Part shown: piece by piece, positions 7,369 through 16,256 of the stretch | Layout of the letters: each line of letters begins with the position of its first letter | How positions within the stretch are numbered: position 1 is the first letter of the stretch | Translations under genes and position numbers: made by a program | Sequence record: SRR31156797_381 | Direction: 5' to 3' (one strand) | Length of the DNA: 20,000 nt | The notes under the pieces: model-generated | The model's input: only the letters and a program-made list of their open reading frames with translations | What the model was told of the DNA's origin: nothing | Databases searched by the model: none

Positions 7369-8202
7369 CTACATATTATTCTTAATCTTATATATTATAC
7401 CACATATTTTGTCTAATTGCTCAATACTTAGGCGTTCTGCTCGAATGTCTTTTGCAATACCAATAGCTGCAAACTGTTCCTCTATAATGGATTTCTCAAT
7501 ACCAAAATCATTGCTTAGATTTTTGGCAAACTGCTTTCTTCTATTGGTAAATCCGCTCCTGACTATTTTCCTGAAGTCATCAATGTCCGATTTTATTATC
7601 ATTTCATCATACATCTGCAGATTTAATAATGAGGAAACCACACTTGGCTGAGGTGAAAATACATGAGGTGGCAAGTCGAATTCTTTAGTAGGATTTGCTC
7701 TTATCTGAGTCATAATGGTTAGTACACCATAGTCCTTGCTGCCCTCTTTTGCTGTAATTCTCTTTGCAACTTCTCTCTGCATCAATAGCCGCATATTTTT
7801 AATAGGTAAATTAGAATCCAAGAGTTTCATCATCACAGGGGTTGTAATATAATAGGGCAAATTAGCCGCAACGGAAAATTCACCCATTATTTCGTCATTA
7901 TATAATTTATCCAAATCACATTTCATAAAATCCAGATTAACAAGATGGAAATTATCAAATTCAGTCATAGTTTTATCAAGGAATTCACACATTCTAGTAT
8001 CAATCTCCACAGCAATGACTTTATCACATATTTTGCATAATTCTCTGGTTAATCCGCCTGGACCTGGACCGATTTCCAAGCAGATTCCCTTCTTATCTCC
8101 AGCAATCTTTCTTAAAATGTTTTCATCATATATAAAGTTCTGACCAAGAGATTTTTTGGCAATCAGTCCATGTTCATAAACCAGTGATTTCAGATTAGTC
8201 AT
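7369..8202 (-). CDS. rsmA: 16S rRNA m6,2A1518/1519 dimethyltransferase RsmA/KsgA
   Basis: KKSLGQNF, LEIGPGPGGLT, ANLPYYITTP, QREVAKR and RAERLS motifs. Confidence 0.97.
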   Translation of the reverse strand: MTNLKSLVYEHGLIAKKSLGQNFIYDENILRKIAGDKKGICLEIGPGPGGLTRELCKICDKVIAVEIDTRMCEFLDKTMTEFDNFHLVNLDFMKCDLDKLYNDEIMGEFSVAANLPYYITTPVMMKLLDSNLPIKNMRLLMQREVAKRITAKEGSKDYGVLTIMTQIRANPTKEFDLPPHVFSPQPSVVSSLLNLQMYDEMIIKSDIDDFRKIVRSGFTNRRKQFAKNLSNDFGIEKSIIEEQFAAIGIAKDIRAERLSIEQLDKICGIIYKIKNNM

Positions 8203-9753
8203 CTAGTATCCTCTTCTTAATATATATACCTTTACGTCATCACGTCTGCCCCATGTGTAGCATTCATCTTTTGTGTTCATAAATAAGTCTATCTGATTCC
8301 ATCTATCTGCGTCATGGCGGAATGCTCCTGTATCCTCTGCTATACAGTAGCCGTATCCTGTTACATAAAGCAATGAACCATATGGAATAGTAGATGGCAC
8401 TACAGCGCATGTACCGGGATTTTCCAGAGTTCTGGTTGACCTAGGCTGTGTGCCTGTTGCTGTACCAGAACCAGTATGAGTATAAGCAGTTACGTGACCT
8501 GACATAGTTTCAATATAGCTGGATGGTGCAGCTGGTATTGATGGATTCGTTGCCTGTTCTCCTGGATTACTTACCGTTATCTCGTCATAATCACTGGTAT
8601 CATCATCAGAATCGTCGGAATCAGATGAACTGTCGCTGCTGCCGGAACTACTTGCTATTGCTGTACCCCACAATTTTATCATAGGAATTGCTTCAACAAC
8701 AACTTCACGAGCTATCTCAGTTCTGCTGTCTTCTACACCGTCAATATACTTAACTTCATAAGTAATCTGAGCAGTACCGTCAACACCCTCCTGAGTAATG
8801 GCATAGAGCCCTGCATTAACTGTATTGGTTTCGCCCTCTTCTACTTCATATGGAATAGTCTCAACAACTTTTATTTCCTCTGTACTCACATCCTTGTACA
8901 CTATTTCCATGTCAGCCTCAACCATAGTGTCAGCAGAAGGTTCCACAATGTCAGCTTCCTCATATTCAATTCCTGCATCTTCCAAGACCTGACCTACTGT
9001 AGTGTAGTGAGTTGTAACTCTGCTAGAAGCATTATTTTTTACTATATTAACTTCAATCTTTTGTGATACTACAATCTCCATTGTATCATACAGACTATCA
9101 TCCAGCTCAGATGATACATGAATATCATCAGTTACTTCTATATTGTTTTCTTCTAAAAGCTCACCTACAGTTTTTACATTTGTCTCCAGTTTGGTTTCAA
9201 TTCCGTTATGAATAAGAGTTAGTTTTACTGCGTCCTCAGAAACACTCTCCATATTTGTATTAACCAGAGTAGTTTTTTCTTTAGGAGTAAAATCAAAATC
9301 AAATGATTTAAATGCAAGATACCCTGCCGTAATTACAACACAAGCTATTACACCGATAAAAACTCCACGAAATACCTTTCGTCTCTTATCATGATATTCC
9401 TCGATCTTTTCTCTCTCTTTTTTACGCTTATATTCTTCCGAAGATCTGCGTCCTTCATCAGCTGTTTTTGCGTCATTTCTGCGTGAAAAGCGTGAACTTT
9501 CTTTTATTTGATTTGTGTCATTATTTAGTTCATTTTTTTCTTCTTTATCCTGCTTATTAAAACGTCTGCTTCGAGTGATTTTGGATTTTATATCTACAAT
9601 TTTACTATTCTTGTCTAATCTGTCTATATTTTTATTATTTTCTAATGCTTTTGCCTTTTCATCAGCTTTGTCTGCATTTTTCTGCGCATGAAAAGAGTCG
9701 GCGAATCCTCGCCTTTGCTTTATACTCCTATTCTTGTCTTTATTTAAAATCAT
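8203..9753 (-). CDS. YabE-like cell-wall protein: charged N-terminus, one TM helix, DUF348-like repeats, G5 domain and C-terminal 3D domain
   Basis: TVGELLEENNI and TVGQVLEDAGI (DUF348-like), ETIPYE...QEGVDG...Y.DGVE (G5), and TAYT...TATG...AVVPSTIPYGS..YVTGYG..IAEDTG...IDLF (3D-like). It lies directly upstream of rsmA. The start is set at ATG 9753 (SD GAGGT). Confidence 0.88.
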   Translation of the reverse strand: MILNKDKNRSIKQRRGFADSFHAQKNADKADEKAKALENNKNIDRLDKNSKIVDIKSKITRSRRFNKQDKEEKNELNNDTNQIKESSRFSRRNDAKTADEGRRSSEEYKRKKEREKIEEYHDKRRKVFRGVFIGVIACVVITAGYLAFKSFDFDFTPKEKTTLVNTNMESVSEDAVKLTLIHNGIETKLETNVKTVGELLEENNIEVTDDIHVSSELDDSLYDTMEIVVSQKIEVNIVKNNASSRVTTHYTTVGQVLEDAGIEYEEADIVEPSADTMVEADMEIVYKDVSTEEIKVVETIPYEVEEGETNTVNAGLYAITQEGVDGTAQITYEVKYIDGVEDSRTEIAREVVVEAIPMIKLWGTAIASSSGSSDSSSDSDDSDDDTSDYDEITVSNPGEQATNPSIPAAPSSYIETMSGHVTAYTHTGSGTATGTQPRSTRTLENPGTCAVVPSTIPYGSLLYVTGYGYCIAEDTGAFRHDADRWNQIDLFMNTKDECYTWGRRDDVKVYILRRGY

Positions 9754-9774
9754 ACAATACCTCACATTAAACAT

Positions 9775-9809
9775 ATTACAATTATATTACAGATACGTTA
9801 CACTGTCAA
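9775..9809 (-). promoter_or_regulatory. Perfect sigma-A promoter overlapped by three TGTAA(C/T) direct repeats (WalR-type box)
   Basis: TTGACA (9809-9804), 17 nt spacer, TATAAT (9786-9781). The repeats TGTAAC-N5-TGTAAT-N5-TGTAAT lie at 9802-9797, 9791-9786 and 9780-9775. Confidence 0.85.
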
Positions 9810-10080
9810 CGAAACTGCAGTTGGTATAAATATGCAATTCCAAAATACCTATATTTATATGCTGATTATTTCTTTATTATTCCTAAAACATAACCATAAA
9901 CTAAAAAAATAACTATGTCAATATATGAAAATAGGCTTAAATGTTAATATTTCCTTAAAATTTTTATGCTATTATCATTAATCTAGGTTATTTTATTAGT
10001 TTACTATCAAATACTATTAAAATATCTTACTACTGAATATAAATACATATATTTGTTATTATAATAATGAGGAAACACAT

Positions 10081-10644
10081 TTGAGCATATTTGAATTAAT
10101 TGTAATATCTATAGCCCTTGCAATGGACTGTTTCAGCGTATCCATATCCTGTGGTCTGTGTGATATATATCATAAGAGAAGAACTGCCACCAGAGCAGGC
10201 TTATATTTTGGAACGTTCCAGGGATTAATGGTCCTGGGCGGTCTGTTAACTGCATCAACCTTTGCAAAATACATTGAACCTATTGACCACTGGGTAGCAT
10301 TCGTACTTCTTTGTTTTATCGGCGGCAAGATGATATATGAAGCATTCAATGAAGGCGAAGAAAGAGCAGATATGACTTCCACTAAATCCATGATAATACT
10401 GTCAATAGCAACCAGTATAGATGCATTTGCAGCTGGTATTGGATTGGCTGCAGTCAGTGCTCCAATTCTACTGTCAGTAATAATGGTTTTTTCAGCGTCT
10501 CTTATTCTGTCTTACTTTGGTGTACTAATTGGGTGCAGACTGTCAAAGAATAATCCTTCAAAACTCTTTGATGTATTAGGCGGAGTAATCCTGCTTATAA
10601 TTGGAACCAAAATACTCATTGAACACTTAATGCAGCATCAGTAG
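10081..10644 (+). CDS. mntP: Manganese efflux pump MntP family protein
   Basis: IALAMDCFSVS, FGTFQGLM, DHWVAFVLL..IGGKMI, IATSIDAFAAG and GGVILLIIG.KILIEH motifs; TTG start with SD GAGG. Confidence 0.93.
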   Translation: MSIFELIVISIALAMDCFSVSISCGLCDIYHKRRTATRAGLYFGTFQGLMVLGGLLTASTFAKYIEPIDHWVAFVLLCFIGGKMIYEAFNEGEERADMTSTKSMIILSIATSIDAFAAGIGLAAVSAPILLSVIMVFSASLILSYFGVLIGCRLSKNNPSKLFDVLGGVILLIIGTKILIEHLMQHQ

Positions 10645-10710
10645 CTTTAGTAATTGAATCAAGTATATACAAAAATAATGAAGGTTACTACTTTGTCTTA
10701 ATGATACTTA

Positions 10711-11685
10711 CTAAAGACTCTCAACATATCTTGCTTTTATCAGGATGAATTCCTCCATCTCTATTAAGTACTGATACAAAGTTGCACGGCACTCAAACTG
10801 TTCCCGTGTTTTTGGCAATGGACGCAGCTTAAAGTATTCGTAGTACTCCTGTGTAAGTTTCAAGAGATCATCTACAGGTGACTGAGCTGAGAATCTATTG
10901 GATATTATCTGCGTGAATTCACTTAGCTTATCAGCCTCATGATGAGAAATAAACAATAGTTCCAGCTTCTCCTTCATATGCATTAGCCTATACACCTGTT
11001 CATGTCTCATGTCAAAATACTTATCATAATCAAAAGGTGTGCTGAAAAGTGCATTGTTTCTATATCTTTCTGCTATGGAGATATAGTTCTGTATCCGTTT
11101 TTCTATTTCAATGAGAGAGTGAGCATTATCCTCAAGCATACAATGATTTTTTAGGTTGTGAGACATTACAATCAGATGATTCTTATACTGATCTTCAATA
11201 TATTTTATTCCCTCCTTGAGACGCTTTTCCTCATCTGGCATATGAAGCGTAAGTATGAACCCCATAACAACACCAATAAGCAGTATGTATACTTCATTAA
11301 GAAATACAGAAGAAGTGATATTCCTTATCATATATAAATGCCCTGCCAATACCAGAGAGCTGGCTATAGAAAAAGCCGAATTTGCTAGATATGATAGAAA
11401 AGATACAATTAAAACGAATACTGCTAACGCCCATAGATTATACCCTATGGTTGCAAACAATATTGTAGCAATTGTTAAGGATATAATACCAGCAATTACT
11501 CTTTTTACTCCCACACGCAGTGTTTCTTTGCGACTGCCAAGAAGGCTCAGTATTGCAATTATTCCCGAAGATAATGGATAATTAAGCCCCAATAAACTAG
11601 CTATCAGTATTGCAAGAGTTGCACCCACTACATTTTTCATAGTATTATACAGTGCTTTAATAATAGTTTTCTTAGTTATATTCAT
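10711..11685 (-). CDS. Aromatic acid exporter family (YqjA/ArAE-like) membrane protein
   Basis: Hydrophobic N-terminal half (K..VGATLAI.IA..LGL..P.S.GIIAILS) and the C-terminal motif LPKTREQFECRATLYQYL.EME.F. Confidence 0.85.
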   Translation of the reverse strand: MNITKKTIIKALYNTMKNVVGATLAILIASLLGLNYPLSSGIIAILSLLGSRKETLRVGVKRVIAGIISLTIATILFATIGYNLWALAVFVLIVSFLSYLANSAFSIASSLVLAGHLYMIRNITSSVFLNEVYILLIGVVMGFILTLHMPDEEKRLKEGIKYIEDQYKNHLIVMSHNLKNHCMLEDNAHSLIEIEKRIQNYISIAERYRNNALFSTPFDYDKYFDMRHEQVYRLMHMKEKLELLFISHHEADKLSEFTQIISNRFSAQSPVDDLLKLTQEYYEYFKLRPLPKTREQFECRATLYQYLIEMEEFILIKARYVESL

Positions 11686-11713
11686 AGTTGAGCCTTCTAA
11701 ATAAGATTCTTAT

Positions 11714-11724
11714 ATTTTACCACA
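11714..11724 (-). promoter_or_regulatory. Extended -10 promoter element (TGTGgTAAAAT) for the exporter-family gene
   Basis: TRTG-n-TAAAAT about 28 nt upstream of ATG 11685; no clear -35. Confidence 0.5.
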
Positions 11725-11801
11725 GATTACCTGCTATTTACTTAATTTATCCAAAAAACAGTATTTAAATGAATTAGCATCAGTTTGTTAAAATGTCATA
11801 C

Positions 11802-11836
11802 AAAAAGCAGCCGAAGAATAAACCATCAGCTGCTTT
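11802..11836 (-). terminator. Intrinsic terminator after potD
   Basis: The minus strand reads AAAGCAGCTGA-loop-TCGGCTGCTTT-TT, about 22 nt past the potD stop. Confidence 0.8.
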
Positions 11837-11858
11837 AATAATTACTTCATATAAATAT

Positions 11859-12896
11859 TTACTGAACCTTAACTCTGACCCAAGCATCATCATATATTGA
11901 TTTAAATTCACCTAAGTCATTGTACACATCACATCTTGCTACTTCCTCTGCTGTAGGATTAAATGCTGAAGTACCTAGCATAGTTTCATCTTCTACCATA
12001 GAAAGTGCTTCAGATTGTGGTGTAGAATAGCAGATATAATCAACATTTTGGAACGCGATATCTGTAGAACACATAAACTCAATAAACTTAACTGCATTAT
12101 CATAGTTTTTGCTTGTCTGTGGTATAACCATTGCATCTACCCAAATATTCGAGCCTTCCTCAGGGATAGCATAGGCTAAATCCTCATTCTCCCATATTGT
12201 CTCCATAGCATCACCTGAATATACTACAGCAAGTGCTGCTTCACCTGCAATCATTTTGTCCTTACCGTCGTCTGTAATATATGCTAATACCAATGAGCTT
12301 TGCTCTATTAACAAATTTCTAACTTCTTCGATTTCAGCTTCATTTCGGGTATTAATGTCATAGCCAAGTTTTTTCAAAGCTACCATCATTGAGTCTCTGG
12401 CAGAATCGTACATGAATATCTGACCGGAATACTTCTCATCCCACAAAATATCCCAGCTGGTAACTTCTTCATCAACCATAGTTGTATTATACAGTATTCC
12501 AACAGTACCCCACATATATGGAACTGAGTAACTATTTGATTCGTCATATGCTAGGTTCTTGTAATTCTCATCTATCAAATTATAGTTTGCTAGATTTGCA
12601 GTATCAATCTCTGCCAGCATATCTTCATTTATCATGCGTTCAATCATATAGTCAGATGGAAAAAGCACATCATAGTCCCCAGCACCAGACTTAATCTTTG
12701 CATACATTTCCTCATTTGATGCAAAAGTTGAGTAGTTTACTTTGATACCTGTTTCCTCTTCAAACTGAGCTATAACATCTTCACCAATATAATCACCCCA
12801 GTTGTAGATATTTAGCTCATCTACGTTGTCACCTGTACATCCTGCTAGTGAAAAAATCACTGTAACTGTCAATATTAACACAATTATTTTTTTCAT
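11859..12896 (-). CDS. potD: Spermidine/putrescine ABC transporter substrate-binding lipoprotein
   Basis: Lipobox LAGC, LNIYNWGDYI, SNEEMYAK, PSDYMI, VPYMWGTVGI and PEEGSNIWVD. Confidence 0.95.
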   Translation of the reverse strand: MKKIIVLILTVTVIFSLAGCTGDNVDELNIYNWGDYIGEDVIAQFEEETGIKVNYSTFASNEEMYAKIKSGAGDYDVLFPSDYMIERMINEDMLAEIDTANLANYNLIDENYKNLAYDESNSYSVPYMWGTVGILYNTTMVDEEVTSWDILWDEKYSGQIFMYDSARDSMMVALKKLGYDINTRNEAEIEEVRNLLIEQSSLVLAYITDDGKDKMIAGEAALAVVYSGDAMETIWENEDLAYAIPEEGSNIWVDAMVIPQTSKNYDNAVKFIEFMCSTDIAFQNVDYICYSTPQSEALSMVEDETMLGTSAFNPTAEEVARCDVYNDLGEFKSIYDDAWVRVKVQ

Positions 12897-12935
12897 TTTA
12901 AATTCCTTTCATATATAAAACTTTAACTATTATCA

Positions 12936-13700
12936 TTAATCATTACTTAAAAACAATCTTCTGCCTACTGCAAACATCAGAGCAAATACTACTATAAACA
13001 TTATACTCATCAATGCGTATAGCGAAGGCTCAATGCCTCGTCTGGCAGTAGAATAAATATATATTGATAAATTCTGTACTCCCGATGTAGTAAAGAATGA
13101 AATTATAAAATCATCAATAGACAAGGTAAATGCCAGAATCATACCTGTGATTATTCCCGGCATTATCTGCGGCATTACAACCTTTGTAAGTGCCTCAATC
13201 TGACTTGCGCCTAAATCCAGTGCCGCTTCATATGTATTCGGATTCATCTGCTTAAGTTTAGGCATTACAGAAAAAATTACATATGGTGTATTAAAAGCTA
13301 TATGAGCTAGAAGCATCGTAAAAAATCCCAGCTTAAACTTAAGAAATACAAACAATATCATCAAGGATATTCCGGTAACAATATCAGGATTAATTATTGG
13401 GAAATAAGAAACATTTAATATCAAGTTTCTTGACTTGCTGCCAAGTCCGAATATACCTACTGCAGCAATAGTCCCTATAGCACCGGAAATTATTGATGCC
13501 AGTACTGCAATAGCAATTGTTACATATAGTGCTTCTCCAATATCACTGCTGCTAAATAATTCCTTATACCATTGCAGGGAAAAACCACCAAAATTAGCTC
13601 TGGATTTACCCTTTGAAAATGAGAATACTATTATCATCAGAACCGGAGCATACATAAATATTAGAACTAAGCCAAGGTATGCTTTCTTATACCATTTCAT
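12936..13700 (-). CDS. potC: Spermidine/putrescine ABC transporter permease
   Basis: GFSLQWY, EAALDLGAS (EAA loop) and AFTLSIDDF; overlaps the potB stop. Confidence 0.95.
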   Translation of the reverse strand: MKWYKKAYLGLVLIFMYAPVLMIIVFSFSKGKSRANFGGFSLQWYKELFSSSDIGEALYVTIAIAVLASIISGAIGTIAAVGIFGLGSKSRNLILNVSYFPIINPDIVTGISLMILFVFLKFKLGFFTMLLAHIAFNTPYVIFSVMPKLKQMNPNTYEAALDLGASQIEALTKVVMPQIMPGIITGMILAFTLSIDDFIISFFTTSGVQNLSIYIYSTARRGIEPSLYALMSIMFIVVFALMFAVGRRLFLSND

Positions 13701-14515
13701 ATTATTGAGCTCCTGTCATCATTATCACCGCTTACCTTGGTCAATGCTGTCATTGTTATTAGAATCAATATCATCATTACAACTGACAGAAGCGAGCCAA
13801 AATTCCAGTTACCACTTGCCATGAACTGCTGCTCTATTAAATCACCAAACATCATAAACTGAGAACCGCCTAATAATCTGGAAATAACAAAAGTGGTTAC
13901 TGACGGCATAAAGACCATGATTATTCCAGAAATGATTCCGGGAATAGACAGCGGCAAAGTAACACGAAAAAACACTTGCATTGCATTTGCACCCAAATCA
14001 CCCGCAGCCTCTAAGATTGATTTATCCATTTTCTTTAGTACCGTATATGTAGGTAGTATCATAAAGGGTAAGAAATTATAAACCATACCCAAAAGTACTG
14101 CTCTTGCATTATATAGGAGCTGGACTTTTTCGAAACCTAGGTATGCCAAAAATGAATTTATTACACCAGTGTTTTCAAGCAGTGACATCCATGCATATGT
14201 ACGTAGCAGCAAATTAATCCACATCGGAAGAACAAACAGCATTATCCAAACCGAACTGACATTGCTTCTGGCTAAAATATAGCTGATTGGATAACCGATG
14301 ATAAAGCAGATAACAGTACACAAAAACGCTGAATACAACGATCTCCAAAGGACTTTCAGATATATAGGGTCAAAGAATTTTATCAGATGTTTAAATGTAA
14401 TACTACTGTCAGAGGGCACATTGGTAAATGCAAAATACACTACCAGAATCATTGGAAGTATTGTAAATACCAACATCCATATAATATAGGGATATGCAAA
14501 GTGCTTTCTTTTCAT
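13697..14515 (-). CDS. potB: Spermidine/putrescine ABC transporter permease
   Basis: LPMWINLLLRTYAW, YNFLPFMILP and EAAGDLGA motifs. Confidence 0.95.
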   Translation of the reverse strand: MKRKHFAYPYIIWMLVFTILPMILVVYFAFTNVPSDSSITFKHLIKFFDPIYLKVLWRSLYSAFLCTVICFIIGYPISYILARSNVSSVWIMLFVLPMWINLLLRTYAWMSLLENTGVINSFLAYLGFEKVQLLYNARAVLLGMVYNFLPFMILPTYTVLKKMDKSILEAAGDLGANAMQVFFRVTLPLSIPGIISGIIMVFMPSVTTFVISRLLGGSQFMMFGDLIEQQFMASGNWNFGSLLSVVMMILILITMTALTKVSGDNDDRSSII

Positions 14516-14519
14516 ATCG

Positions 14520-15569
14520 CTATTCCTCTCTCATCAATTTCATTACATGAATATCATTTGGCTCTATCTCGATACCTACTTCGCTTCCTACTTCCTGCGG
14601 GTCAACATTATGGCACAGCCACATTATGCCATTGAAATCCAGTATCTGCATTTCATAATGTACGCCTTTAAATATAATTGACTGAACAATTCCCTTTAGC
14701 ATACCTTTGTCTTCTGGTACAATATTAATATCCTCAGGGCGGACTACTACTTCTACACTTTCATTCTTTTCAAATCCCTTATCTACACATATAAATTCCG
14801 TGTCAGAGAATTTGACTAAGTAATCCTTAATCATAACTGAATCGCTTATTATATTGCTTTCACCTATAAAATCTGCAACATAATTATTTATCGGCTCATT
14901 GTAAATATCTATAGGAGTACCCATCTGATGAATTTTCCCATCCTTCATTACAACCACAGTATCACTCATAGTGATTGCTTCCTCCTGATCATGGGTAACG
15001 TATACAAAAGTAATCTTTAGCTCCTGCTGCATCTTCTTTAGCTCTAATTGCATCTGCTTACGAAGCTTTAAGTCCAGTGCTCCAAGCGGTTCATCCAGCA
15101 GAAGTACTTTTGGCTTATTAATTAGTGCTCTAGCGATTGCTACTCTTTGCTGCTGACCACCAGAGAGCTTAGTAACTTTTCGCTTACCATAGCCCGTTAA
15201 ATTGACCATTTTAAGCATTTTATTTACTTGCTTATCTATTTCATCATTTGTCAACTTCTTTAGCTTCAACCCAAATGCAATATTGTCATAAACATTTAAA
15301 TGGGGAAACAGTGCATAATTCTGAAAAACAGTATTTACCTGTCTTTTATTTGGCGGTATATCCTGCAAATCCTGACCGTTCATTGTTACTTTACCGCTGT
15401 CAGCACTCTCAAAACCTGCAATTATGCGAAGAAGCGTAGTCTTGCCGCAGCCAGAGGGTCCTAAAAGAGTCAGAAACTCATGTTCCTTGATTGTCAAATC
15501 AATATCGTCCAGAGCTACAGTATCACCATCATATACTTTTCTAACATTTTCTATCCTAATCATACTCAT
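14520..15569 (-). CDS. potA: Spermidine/putrescine ABC transporter ATP-binding protein
   Basis: [38 protein letters not shown] and [16 protein letters not shown]. The start is more likely ATG 15569 (or 15563) than 15599, which overlaps the upstream gene. Confidence 0.95.
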   Translation of the reverse strand: MSMIRIENVRKVYDGDTVALDDIDLTIKEHEFLTLLGPSGCGKTTLLRIIAGFESADSGKVTMNGQDLQDIPPNKRQVNTVFQNYALFPHLNVYDNIAFGLKLKKLTNDEIDKQVNKMLKMVNLTGYGKRKVTKLSGGQQQRVAIARALINKPKVLLLDEPLGALDLKLRKQMQLELKKMQQELKITFVYVTHDQEEAITMSDTVVVMKDGKIHQMGTPIDIYNEPINNYVADFIGESNIISDSVMIKDYLVKFSDTEFICVDKGFEKNESVEVVVRPEDINIVPEDKGMLKGIVQSIIFKGVHYEMQILDFNGIMWLCHNVDPQEVGSEVGIEIEPNDIHVMKLMREE

Positions 15570-15571
15570 AC

Positions 15572-16111
15572 CTAAAAGCTTGGAGGCTGTGCCACCCAAA
15601 TTATCCTTGCTTGCTTTTTACCTTCATTTATTAAATAATGTGCCTGATGAGGTTCAAAATAAAATGACTCACCTTTTTTTACTTTATGCTTTTTATTACC
15701 GATACATACTGAAATCATACCACTTATAACATATCCGAACTCTTCACCCTCATGAGGGTCATGGCTATTAGTTCTCCCGCCCTCATCCAATACAACCAGT
15801 ATCGGCTCCATCATATTTGTCTGTGCATTAGGAACAAGCCATGTAACAGATGCACCAATATCTTCAAATACTTTTTCTCCAAAGTCTGACGCGCGAAAAA
15901 CTACCTTTTTTGCTTCATCATCTGAAAAAAATTCATTTAAATCAGTGCCTAGGCAAGAGAGTATATCTACCAATGTTGATATAGACGGTGAAGTCAAGTC
16001 TCTCTCCAGCTGAGAAATATAGCCCTTTGTCAGTTCTGTTCGATTTGCCAGCTCCTCCTGAGTCAAGTTGTACATAAGCCTAAGGGATTTAATTTTATCA
16101 CCAATCATCAT
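15572..16111 (-). CDS. XRE-family HTH + cupin transcriptional regulator (PuuR-like) heading the pot operon
   Basis: [36 protein letters not shown] (XRE HTH) and [11 protein letters not shown] (cupin). The start is set at ATG 16111/16108; the longer ORF runs through the promoter. Confidence 0.92.
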   Translation of the reverse strand: MMIGDKIKSLRLMYNLTQEELANRTELTKGYISQLERDLTSPSISTLVDILSCLGTDLNEFFSDDEAKKVVFRASDFGEKVFEDIGASVTWLVPNAQTNMMEPILVVLDEGGRTNSHDPHEGEEFGYVISGMISVCIGNKKHKVKKGESFYFEPHQAHYLINEGKKQARIIWVAQPPSF

Positions 16112-16135
16112 GATAACACTCTTTCTAAACCTGAC

Positions 16136-16152
16136 GTTTAATATTATTAAAC
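16136..16152. promoter_or_regulatory. Candidate operator palindrome GTTTAATA-T-TATTAAAC
   Basis: Perfect 8-bp inverted repeat between the promoter and the start of the XRE-cupin gene. Confidence 0.55.
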
Positions 16153-16164
16153 TTTTATAGTATA

Positions 16165-16193
16165 TTTTTATCATATAGCAAAAAGAATGTCAA
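16165..16193 (-). promoter_or_regulatory. Sigma-A promoter of the regulator-potABCD operon
   Basis: TTGACA (16193-16188), 17 nt spacer ending in TGa, TAAAAA (16170-16165). Confidence 0.7.
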
Positions 16194-16196
16194 TAT

Positions 16197-16230
16197 AAAA
16201 AAAGAGCCTGAACTAAGAAGTTTTTGGCTC
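16197..16230 (-). terminator. Intrinsic terminator after the lipoprotein gene
   Basis: The minus strand reads GAGCC...AACT-tctt-AGTT-ca-GGCTC-TTTTTTT. Confidence 0.75.
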
Positions 16231-16256
16231 AAATTCTATATAATATTAAATAAAAA

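Noticed and set aside
9810-10080. yybP-ykoY Mn riboswitch or MntR box upstream of mntP
   Set aside because: The region is extremely AT-rich with no GC-paired helices or riboswitch core, and the weak palindromes there are expected by chance.
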